Below are positions 19,226-27,093 of a stretch of 32,000 nt of DNA, piece by piece (positions within the stretch are counted from its first letter, which is position 1; each line of letters starts with the position of its first letter). The position numbers and the translations under genes are program-made. The notes under the pieces are model-generated. The model was not told the origin of the DNA. It made no database searches and saw only the letters and a program-made list of their open reading frames with translations. This DNA comes from Saccharolobus solfataricus (GTDB lineage Archaea > Thermoproteota > Thermoprotei_A > Sulfolobales > Sulfolobaceae): contig NZ_LT549890.1 of the NCBI RefSeq assembly GCF_900079115.1, positions 2,070,001 through 2,102,000 of the forward strand, given 5' to 3'.

Positions 19226-20029
19226 TTGGCTATAAGCATAGGAGATATAGTAGGTATAGTATTTCTTATCATTATAATAATCATCTTTATCGCCATGTCA
19301 TTTAGGGTAGTTAGAGAATGGGAGAGAGCCGTTGTATTAAGATTGGGGAGATTTTTGAGAGTTAAAGGCCCTGGAATCATATTCCTTATACCCTTTGTTG
19401 ATAGGCCATTAGTAGTGGATCTAAGAGTGAATACTGTTGAGGTTCCACCTCAAACTATCTTAACTAAAGATAACGTTACTGTAAGTGTAGACGCGGTTGT
19501 ATACTATAAGGTTGTTGATCCACAGAAAGCAGTATTAAGTGTTTTCAATTATAATGTGGCAGTACTAAATTTAGCTCAGACCTCATTAAGGGATATTGTT
19601 GGACAAATGGAATTGGATGAGTTACTAAGTAAAAGGGAAGAAATCAATAAGAGGATACAAGAAATATTAGACGTCACAACTGAAGGATGGGGAATCAAAG
19701 TTACTGCTGTAACTATAAGAGATATTAGATTATCTCAAGATCTGTTATCTGCTATGGCAAAGCAAGCTGAGGCAGAGAGATTGAGAAGAGCAAAGGTAAT
19801 ACTAAGTGAAGGTGAAAGGCAAGCTGCAAGTATTTTAGCTGATGCATCAGCTTACTACAAGAATAATCCATCAGCATTACAGTTGAGATTTTTAGAAACA
19901 TTATCAGACATCTCACAAAGAGGAGGTTTAATAATAGTAGTTCCTGCAGGGAATGAAATATACCCTACTCTAGGTACAAGCGCCGCATTATCAACTCTCT
20001 CAAAAAAGTTTCAAACTGAAACCAAGTAA
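19226..20029 (+). CDS. Stomatin/prohibitin homolog (SPFH/band-7 domain membrane protein)
   Basis: 267 aa with a TTG start and an N-terminal TM helix. Classic SPFH blocks are present (VREWERAVVLRLGR, TKDNVTVSVDAVVYYKV, LRDIVGQMELDELLSKREEIN, WGIKVTAVTIRDI), followed by a coiled coil (AKQAEAERLRRAKV). Confidence 0.9.
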   Translation: MAISIGDIVGIVFLIIIIIIFIAMSFRVVREWERAVVLRLGRFLRVKGPGIIFLIPFVDRPLVVDLRVNTVEVPPQTILTKDNVTVSVDAVVYYKVVDPQKAVLSVFNYNVAVLNLAQTSLRDIVGQMELDELLSKREEINKRIQEILDVTTEGWGIKVTAVTIRDIRLSQDLLSAMAKQAEAERLRRAKVILSEGERQAASILADASAYYKNNPSALQLRFLETLSDISQRGGLIIVVPAGNEIYPTLGTSAALSTLSKKFQTETK

Positions 20030-20059
20030 TCAGCTGGACTAGGAGTATTCATCCATCAT

Positions 20060-21151
20060 TTACGTCTTCCTCATCATTAGCTCTGCTAGCTTATCGTTTA
20101 TATCTAAATAGTTTTCTCTAGCTAAGTTAAATAATAATGCGTATTTCTTTGCATCTTGTGAATTTATCTCCGAAAGTTCATCAGCTAGTTTGTTCAATAA
20201 CGTAACTTCTCTAATACTTTGCATAGCCCAAATATTCAAATATTTAATTGGTGTGAAGTCAGGTTCCCTTTCAGCCAGCACATCTATTCTAACTATTGGT
20301 GACGTTGTATTATATTGGTAATACAGAGAGTATATTGAGAGTGAGTCATTAAACACCTTTTTATATCGATTATAAGCCTTCGAGATTCCCTTAAGATCAT
20401 CCAATATTATCTGATTATTTATTAACGAATCCCAACTTATCCACCCTAGATATACTGGTTTATTAAACTCAGATTTTTCGAGCCTATATTTATACATAAT
20501 ACTAAATATAATATAGTTCTCTCTTGCCTTCATCAGTGCGGGATAATTATTTAAAAACTCCTTGATCAATATTCTATGAGAGAAGTTCTTTACTATTCCC
20601 ACGATTAATTTATTCTTACCCTTTAATCTTCTAAGTACTGTAGAACGATATAGTGCTAACTTATCCAGAGATAAGATATTTTCTATCTCAACATCCTCTT
20701 CATAATATGTTGGTGGATCCACAATAGGTCCATCGATAAATATCACGTCACACTCCTCACACTTCTCTATTAGACTCGTTTCTAAAGTAAGCATAAATAA
20801 AATGGATTTGTTGGATATCACGTTCTTATCGTAGTAATTCTCTATTATCTTGAAATCCTCAGCTATCTCAGATGGGACACTCTTTTTGTCCTTCTTTTTG
20901 CCTAAAATCTTCACAGCTCTAGCTAGGATAAGGGTTACATCACTTAACTCTATTTCATATTTGCTTCCGTCTACTGCACATGCAATGTGCTCAGAATCTA
21001 TAATCTCATCAAGTATTCCTATTTTTAAATCAATGCTATTTGATATTATATCGTCAAAAATTAAGTTAACTGCCATATTTATCTTTCCTCTCTCATTAAC
21101 ATCTTTGCTAGCTAACTCATTTACCTTTTTAATAATCTCATTTGTATTCAA
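20060..21151 (-). CDS. NurA-like nuclease (paralog, not the mre11-rad50 operon copy)
   Basis: 363 aa with a TTG start preceded by GGTGA 4 nt upstream. NurA-type motifs are present: ACAVDGS (Asp about aa 61), LTLETSL (Glu about aa 124), VIFIDGPIVDP (Asp about aa 140) and LIVGIVKNFSH (aa 182-192). Confidence 0.7.
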   Translation of the reverse strand: MNTNEIIKKVNELASKDVNERGKINMAVNLIFDDIISNSIDLKIGILDEIIDSEHIACAVDGSKYEIELSDVTLILARAVKILGKKKDKKSVPSEIAEDFKIIENYYDKNVISNKSILFMLTLETSLIEKCEECDVIFIDGPIVDPPTYYEEDVEIENILSLDKLALYRSTVLRRLKGKNKLIVGIVKNFSHRILIKEFLNNYPALMKARENYIIFSIMYKYRLEKSEFNKPVYLGWISWDSLINNQIILDDLKGISKAYNRYKKVFNDSLSIYSLYYQYNTTSPIVRIDVLAEREPDFTPIKYLNIWAMQSIREVTLLNKLADELSEINSQDAKKYALLFNLARENYLDINDKLAELMMRKT

Positions 21152-21837
21152 ACTTTCACCTTTATAGAAATATTTTTCTCAACAAGCATTTTTATAACCT
21201 TTATAGACTCTTCTAGGTTGTCTCTACTAATCTTGATTTCACCTTTGTCTATTAGTAATATCAATATGCTAATTTCTTTCTCATTTAGATTTATTTTTCT
21301 CAATTCATCCACGATAATCCCATACAACTCATTAAGGTGTTGTTTAGCTTGTATTTCAACTTCATTTAGCTTAGAGAGTGATCTTTCCTTGGGTATACTA
21401 AAAGTTTTTGCGTCTTTCTGAATTTTAAGGAAGTGATACAGTATTTTAGCATATAATATTAGTCTATTATTTATTTCCTCAATGCTCTTGATTTTCTCTT
21501 CTATTATCTTATTTAGGTCTTGTTCTATATCTTTCTCCAGGCTATCTACTTTACTTTTTATTTTATCTATATATCTGATTATCTCTTCAGCCGAGTTGAG
21601 CTTGGTTAGTTTCTCTATATCCGCTTTAACTTCCTCCAGCTTGTCTTCATATTTATTTAATTCGTTTATCTTTTTCTCTAAGGTCCTTAATTTCTTTAGA
21701 GACTCCTTTAGACTTTGTTTAGATTTTTCTAATTCCTCTATTGTCTCGGTAATTTTTCTATCCTCTTCTCTTAGTCTTTCTACATCCAGATTCTGTTTAT
21801 ATTGGGTTAGTCTTTCCATAAATTCAGCTAAATCCAT
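21148..21837 (-). CDS. Coiled-coil protein, function unknown
   Basis: 229 aa, almost entirely heptad-like K/E/L-rich sequence. The start overlaps the upstream gene by 14 nt and the stop overlaps the NurA-like start (TTGA). Confidence 0.6.
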   Translation of the reverse strand: MDLAEFMERLTQYKQNLDVERLREEDRKITETIEELEKSKQSLKESLKKLRTLEKKINELNKYEDKLEEVKADIEKLTKLNSAEEIIRYIDKIKSKVDSLEKDIEQDLNKIIEEKIKSIEEINNRLILYAKILYHFLKIQKDAKTFSIPKERSLSKLNEVEIQAKQHLNELYGIIVDELRKINLNEKEISILILLIDKGEIKISRDNLEESIKVIKMLVEKNISIKVKV

Positions 21838-24800
21838 ACTCTTCTAGAACCTCCTTTATTTCTTGAATTAATTGTGTTATTTTTTGTGTATTTCTCTCAA
21901 CGTTTTCTCTCAACTTAGGTAATTCTGGACTTATCTTTTCTAGATCATTTACAATCATCTCAATATTATTTAATTGGATACCGACTTTACCTAATGATGC
22001 GATTTCCTCAATTATCGTATCTTTTAACTCATCTCCAGATATTGATACGCCATTTAGTATCTCTTTCAGCAATTTGAATAATATGAAATAAAGGTTTGAG
22101 TTATCTTCAACGTGTATAGTAGCAAGTAAGTAATCGAGATATCGTTTAAACGACTCTGTTTGTCCCCTCTCATTTATCTCTTGAATTTTCCTCACTAACT
22201 TGTCCATTTGCATTTTGAAGTTGTCTTTAAGTTCATGAATTATCTCATATACCTTCTCTATTTCCTCAATTTTCTCGTTTATCTTTACATGCCTCTTGGC
22301 TTTCTCTACAACCTCCAATTTTTTGTAGATTTCCTCAACGATCTTGTCTGTCTCAATCACTGATTCTTCGGTCTTTCTTAATAATTCCAAATATATATTC
22401 GATAAATATAGATAATCATAACATAGCCTTATGTCTTTATTTTCAGTGCAAGATTTCTCATAAGCTTCTATGACCTCTCTCATTTCCTCAAGGCTTCTTA
22501 TTGCAGCTCCCCTCTTTTTAGCTGTTATGAAGTACCCATAGGTCGAGTATGGATTATCTAGTTTTTCCTTTATTTTTCTTATTTGCTCGTCTATTTTCAG
22601 ATAAATTACATCTTTATTTAAATATTTAGCAATTTCGCCACTAACTATTGACGAGTAAACTAAGAAGTCTAAGGTGGGATTTTGTCCAATTTTTTTATCG
22701 GGGCTAAAAATTTGATACGCAAAGACTAAGGGATTATTTTTATTATCTTTTCTTTTGTTATCTTGTGGACTTACATAATACATTATATAATTAAATACAA
22801 CCTCCTCTGCTTCTTGCTTGTATTTTTGCCTAATAAGACCCGCAAACAGCTTAGCGAATGAGGATAACGATTCTCCCGCTAGGTCTTCGAAATCTATGTA
22901 ATTGGATCTAATCTTTATTATACGATTACCATAGAAGTAAGTAATAATGTCATCAACAAACGTGTTGGATGTTTCTATATCTTCTAAATGGAACTGCTTA
23001 CTTCCATACATTCTAAATTTCTCATTAATTATCTCATTTACTTTCTCGAATAACTCATTAGCATTTACCATTTTTATTGATGGGTAAAATATTATCCAAT
23101 TGAATGATTGTATTAATCTCTTATTTCTAGGTATGGGAAGTTGGTTCAAGTTAAGATTATCTCTTATTTTTAGCAGTAGGGAGGATATCGAATTTTTCAG
23201 ATCTCCTAGTCTTAGTTCTATGGAATCAAGCCTAATTCTACTTTGTCCGTAGATTTTAGAGAATAGTAGATATAGCAACTGTCTTTTCTTTGGTGTGGTC
23301 ATTTTTAGTTCGATCAACGGTATTGATAGTCCGTCTAGAGTTTTGGATAGTTCTTCCTTCCTTATTTGAGGCTCTATTAGAATAAGACCGTGAATTAGCT
23401 CGTCACTTTCGTTGATCTCTTTTATTAAGTTCTTAATTTCATCCTCGTTAGCTGGATTTGCCAAAATAATAGTAATTTTCTTATTATCCATTATAAGTTT
23501 TAAAAACCTTATGTAGTCTTTGCTTCTATTTACACTATCTACCTTTATTCCTAGTACTTCCATTAAATATTCTAATGATTCAAGTTCCTTCTCTCTATCT
23601 GTAATATACGTATTCACGAACTGTAAGGCTTTATCTCTAATTTCTCTTGACTTAAACTCTACTATTAATCCTCCTATATTAGTATTCGCTATGCTCTCAA
23701 AAAAGCTCCAGGATATTGCATATGCATCAGTTTTACCGAATAGTGATAGTTTTTTTACATTCTCCTTTATTTTACTTATATCTATGCTTTCATGGAGTAT
23801 AGTTTCTATATTGTCGGATATAAATACATGAAAATCGTCTTGATAATATGTTAAAAGAAAGTCCTCAACGTATTCTTGACCTTTAGGGAACATCTCAATC
23901 CATTTTAGATATGGTATCAGTACCCCTTTTATTACATGACCTTCTAATTTCTTTATGACTAGTTTTTCGTCAGTAAATATTCTGCTCATTAAGACTTTGT
24001 ATAATTTACTTAACTCTTGGGAGTCCATTTCGTTCTCTAATTTTGTTAACATATCTAGTCTAACGGTCTCTCCTTCTGAGTTTAGATTAATTCCCTTATC
24101 CGATCTAGCCAGTTCGTTGAAAATTCTATCTACGTTAGGAAGATTATCGCATACTATATCGTTGAAGAACTTTACGTATTTTCTTCTTTCTTGATCTATT
24201 ACCCAGTAAGGCAAATCCATGTACTGTAGTATCTTTAAGTCATTTATGTTAGCCATATTTAGCATACACTTTAACATTAATAGAAACTCTAATTTAGATG
24301 GATTTTCTATACTAACTTTTCTTATTCTTTCTAGAAGTGAAGGGTAAGTTTCTGAAAATAAGTTATAAATTATGCCTCCAGTTCCAAATATTTTAGAATA
24401 TGCGCTTGGGGTCATGGAAAGGTATATTATTGAATTTCCAGTTGAATTAGCTAATTCCTTTACCTTGCTCCAAAAGTCCTTTATCTCGTTTTGATACTCT
24501 GCGAAGTAATCTACAGAACTTTCCACTTCATCAATAAGGTACACATTATTTTTGAACGTTAACAAATCTTCGGTTCGGCTTAAAAGTTCTACAAAGGGTA
24601 TCTTTATTACATTAATATTTCTATTTTTTGCATATTCCTCAATGATGTCAAGGAACGTACTTTTTCCTTGTCCCCAATCGCCGACAAGCGATATTATTTC
24701 TGGGGATTGTTTAATCTTAGATATCCTGTCTATCTCATCCTTAACTTGCTTGAAAAATCTTAATCTATTTATGTATAATGAGTTCTCTGTAATGCAAGAG

Positions 24801-24862
24801 AAAATTTGATAGATATAAGAGGAGTCAGATGCTGTTTCGCTTATTCTCTTAGAACAACTCAC
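21824..24862 (-). CDS. Large KAP-like P-loop NTPase with a long helical/coiled-coil C-terminal region
   Basis: 1012 aa with a GTG start preceded by GGTGA 4 nt upstream. Walker A is LVGDWGQGKSTFLDII (aa 59-74; the G-x-W-G-x-GKS form is typical of KAP NTPases) and Walker B is NVYLIDEVES (aa 105-114). The last 200 or so aa are predicted coiled coil. No TM insertion is seen. Confidence 0.65.
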   Translation of the reverse strand: MSCSKRISETASDSSYIYQIFSCITENSLYINRLRFFKQVKDEIDRISKIKQSPEIISLVGDWGQGKSTFLDIIEEYAKNRNINVIKIPFVELLSRTEDLLTFKNNVYLIDEVESSVDYFAEYQNEIKDFWSKVKELANSTGNSIIYLSMTPSAYSKIFGTGGIIYNLFSETYPSLLERIRKVSIENPSKLEFLLMLKCMLNMANINDLKILQYMDLPYWVIDQERRKYVKFFNDIVCDNLPNVDRIFNELARSDKGINLNSEGETVRLDMLTKLENEMDSQELSKLYKVLMSRIFTDEKLVIKKLEGHVIKGVLIPYLKWIEMFPKGQEYVEDFLLTYYQDDFHVFISDNIETILHESIDISKIKENVKKLSLFGKTDAYAISWSFFESIANTNIGGLIVEFKSREIRDKALQFVNTYITDREKELESLEYLMEVLGIKVDSVNRSKDYIRFLKLIMDNKKITIILANPANEDEIKNLIKEINESDELIHGLILIEPQIRKEELSKTLDGLSIPLIELKMTTPKKRQLLYLLFSKIYGQSRIRLDSIELRLGDLKNSISSLLLKIRDNLNLNQLPIPRNKRLIQSFNWIIFYPSIKMVNANELFEKVNEIINEKFRMYGSKQFHLEDIETSNTFVDDIITYFYGNRIIKIRSNYIDFEDLAGESLSSFAKLFAGLIRQKYKQEAEEVVFNYIMYYVSPQDNKRKDNKNNPLVFAYQIFSPDKKIGQNPTLDFLVYSSIVSGEIAKYLNKDVIYLKIDEQIRKIKEKLDNPYSTYGYFITAKKRGAAIRSLEEMREVIEAYEKSCTENKDIRLCYDYLYLSNIYLELLRKTEESVIETDKIVEEIYKKLEVVEKAKRHVKINEKIEEIEKVYEIIHELKDNFKMQMDKLVRKIQEINERGQTESFKRYLDYLLATIHVEDNSNLYFILFKLLKEILNGVSISGDELKDTIIEEIASLGKVGIQLNNIEMIVNDLEKISPELPKLRENVERNTQKITQLIQEIKEVLEEYGFS

Positions 24863-24866
24863 ATTT

Positions 24867-26480
24867 TCACCCTTCGCTTAAAATTAAATCAATTCTTTCC
24901 ACGTTTCCAGCGTATGATCCTAACCTAGGATCCCATGGGATTCTTACCAATGCCGGACTTTTCATTATTGACATAAGTCCACTTACTATTACGTATCCAG
25001 TATCTAATGATGTCAAATTCTTAGTTAATGATTCGGGTAAACCACCTGAAGCGGACATAACATATCTTACGTCTTCATGATATATTCTATGAAAGAAAAA
25101 GGTGTTAATCATGGATAATACGTATTTATCTATAAATGCTGGTCTTTGACTTACCAGAATTAGAGATGCCCCAAATTTTCTTCCTTGAGTAGCTAGTGTT
25201 ACCAATACGTCTTTTGTCAAGTTAGCGTTTACTGGATAATCAATAGAAGGTATGTAGTTCTGTGCCTCTTCTATCACAAATCCCAAAAACCTTTGATTAC
25301 CGTTGTATTTGGATCTCGTAAGATAATTAAATATTAATCTAGTTATGTAGCTTACGATGAGTTGTTTCGTAAGGACATCTACTCCTGGTGAACCATCAGC
25401 CGAGAAGTCTATTATTGCTAAACCTCTATTCCTCCAAATCACTTCTAATGTGTTCTCAGTCAAAGATGCAGAAGAGTTGACAAGTTGTAGTCTGCTAATT
25501 ACTTTGTTTTTGAATATTTCTAATGCGCTAGCAATTCCCCTAGCAGTACCCGTTGTGATTCCTATATCCTTATTTTGAGCCATCGTAAGAATCTCATTCC
25601 TTAGGGTCTCAATTCCTATTGCACTACCTAAAAGGGTATTATATTCCTTGCTCTCATGGTTTGCTAAAACTTGCTCTAGGAAATTTAGTTGCAGTGTGTT
25701 ATATGAAGCCTCACCGTATTTTAGAGACATAATAAATTCTGATAATTCTCTAGGCGTGAATATGGACAAATCTATTGTAAGCTTAATGTCGTTTTGCTCC
25801 TTAGGATCCTTCAATATATACCTCTTTATCCAGCCTCTTCCTTTAGATACTATGTCTAGATTTGTCGAAGCTAAATCTATGTAATCCCCATTCGCATCAA
25901 TTACAATCATCGGTAAGGCCGTGATCTTGTCTCCTATTTTTATGTTAGATAAAAGCTTAATTAAGTATCTCATGTTGTAGCTTTTTCCACTTCCAGTCTC
26001 TCCAAAAACTCCCATGTGCATTGTTATTGCATTAAGGTCTAACAATAATGGTATTTCAGAACCTGCTAAGGCTCCGTACTCAATTAATCCTTTTTTGTTT
26101 TTTATTCCATAAAAGGAAAGTAGCTCTTTTTCACTCTTTATTTCTGGTAATCTTCTTACGAAAGAGCCAGGTTTAGGGGTTGTATTATGGTCATATTTTT
26201 TTATTAAGTGCAAAGTTGCTTTTATTATTGTATTCATATCGAGAATTTCATATATCGAAGGTTCTTTTAATATTGACTTAGCTATCTCCCCCTTTTCGTC
26301 AAAGAACTCATTCAGAAATTCGTAATTTTCAACCCTGACTAGTGAAAGCTTCTCGGAATCATCAACTAATAACAATTGTCCTACGCTTATTTCCTCATCA
26401 GCTCTAATTAGTCCTTGCATTTCATTTGCTTCGCTCTTCTGCAGTACTATTCCTATAATCTCTCCCCTTTCCATCACCAT
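24867..26480 (-). CDS. HerA-like (FtsK/HerA superfamily) hexameric ATPase/translocase
   Basis: 537 aa. The N-terminus looks like a HAS barrel (GEIIGIVLQ...VGQLLLVDD...LVRVENYE). Walker A is GVFGETGSGKS (aa 157-167), Walker B is FLGFVIEEAQNYIP (aa 398-411), and the arginine-finger block is GRKFGASLILVSQRP (aa 433-447). Confidence 0.85.
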   Translation of the reverse strand: MVMERGEIIGIVLQKSEANEMQGLIRADEEISVGQLLLVDDSEKLSLVRVENYEFLNEFFDEKGEIAKSILKEPSIYEILDMNTIIKATLHLIKKYDHNTTPKPGSFVRRLPEIKSEKELLSFYGIKNKKGLIEYGALAGSEIPLLLDLNAITMHMGVFGETGSGKSYNMRYLIKLLSNIKIGDKITALPMIVIDANGDYIDLASTNLDIVSKGRGWIKRYILKDPKEQNDIKLTIDLSIFTPRELSEFIMSLKYGEASYNTLQLNFLEQVLANHESKEYNTLLGSAIGIETLRNEILTMAQNKDIGITTGTARGIASALEIFKNKVISRLQLVNSSASLTENTLEVIWRNRGLAIIDFSADGSPGVDVLTKQLIVSYITRLIFNYLTRSKYNGNQRFLGFVIEEAQNYIPSIDYPVNANLTKDVLVTLATQGRKFGASLILVSQRPAFIDKYVLSMINTFFFHRIYHEDVRYVMSASGGLPESLTKNLTSLDTGYVIVSGLMSIMKSPALVRIPWDPRLGSYAGNVERIDLILSEG

Positions 26481-26502
26481 TTAACATTACCTAAGAACGT
26501 TT

Positions 26503-27093
26503 TTAAACGATTAAGCTTCTGGGATTAGATAATGAAAGGTTTCTTATTACATTGGCTATAGTTTTGAAGGCCAATCTACCATATGGGTAAATTGTTATTT
26601 TTAAATGTGAGATTTCAGCTGCACCTTTCACTATTTCATAGTGATGCCTAGGGAGTATACCTATTAATCTCTCGTGTAATTTACTAATTTTTATAAGGGG
26701 CTTCGTTAATAACTCAACGAACTCTTCTTTTTCCTCTTTGCTCATAAGCGCTGGGGGGTAATCGTAATTGTTAAAAGGATAGCATTCCTCTAACTCTCTA
26801 GGCACTAATAGCATTGGTTCGGATACTGAATATACTTGTACTTTCTCCTCTAAATTATATTTCTGTAATATGGCGTAGGCTATTTTGTGTGTTGGTGATG
26901 ACGAGTAAGGTTTAACTACAGTACAAGGTAACAACAACGCAATCTCCTTATTTGAACTCCAGTTCTCTAGAAAGTAGCGATGCCATCTCATCACCACTGG
27001 GTGTCTGAACAGATCGTCAGTATTATCTCTTTTCGATATTCTAGTAAAGTCAGGCTTAAGGTATTCATATAGTTGTTCACATGCAGAGCTCAT
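26503..27093 (-). CDS. Stand-alone ArcS-type (DUF5591-like) domain protein carrying the archaeosine-synthase signature motif
   Basis: 196 aa. LLLPCTVVKPYSSSPTHK (aa 53-70, nt 26887-26928 for the core) fits the ArcS signature P-C-x3-K-P-Y-x2-S-x2-H as I recall it. The start overlaps the TGT-like gene by 17 nt and is preceded by GGAGGAGGT. Confidence 0.7.
   Translation of the reverse strand: MSSACEQLYEYLKPDFTRISKRDNTDDLFRHPVVMRWHRYFLENWSSNKEIALLLPCTVVKPYSSSPTHKIAYAILQKYNLEEKVQVYSVSEPMLLVPRELEECYPFNNYDYPPALMSKEEKEEFVELLTKPLIKISKLHERLIGILPRHHYEIVKGAAEISHLKITIYPYGRLAFKTIANVIRNLSLSNPRSLIV

Noticed and set aside
19138-19380. 80-aa ORF (-) across the thermopsin-like/stomatin junction
   Set aside because: It is antisense to two supported genes and has no motifs.
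20850-25884. Plus-strand ORFs inside the six-gene operon (20850-21167, 21218-21421, 21482-21847, 23520-23831, 23955-24194, 24552-24809, 25357-25578, 25648-25884)
   Set aside because: All are serine/leucine/phenylalanine-rich shadows of K/E/I-rich minus-strand genes. The minus-strand ORFs are much longer and carry clear catalytic motifs.
20060-26480. Reading the HerA-like and NurA-like genes as the canonical DNA double-strand-break repair operon
   Set aside because: No Mre11 phosphoesterase or Rad50 ABC/zinc-hook motifs are present between them. The intervening genes are a KAP-like NTPase and a coiled-coil protein, and the operon starts with TGT/ArcS-type genes. It is therefore treated as a paralogous system.
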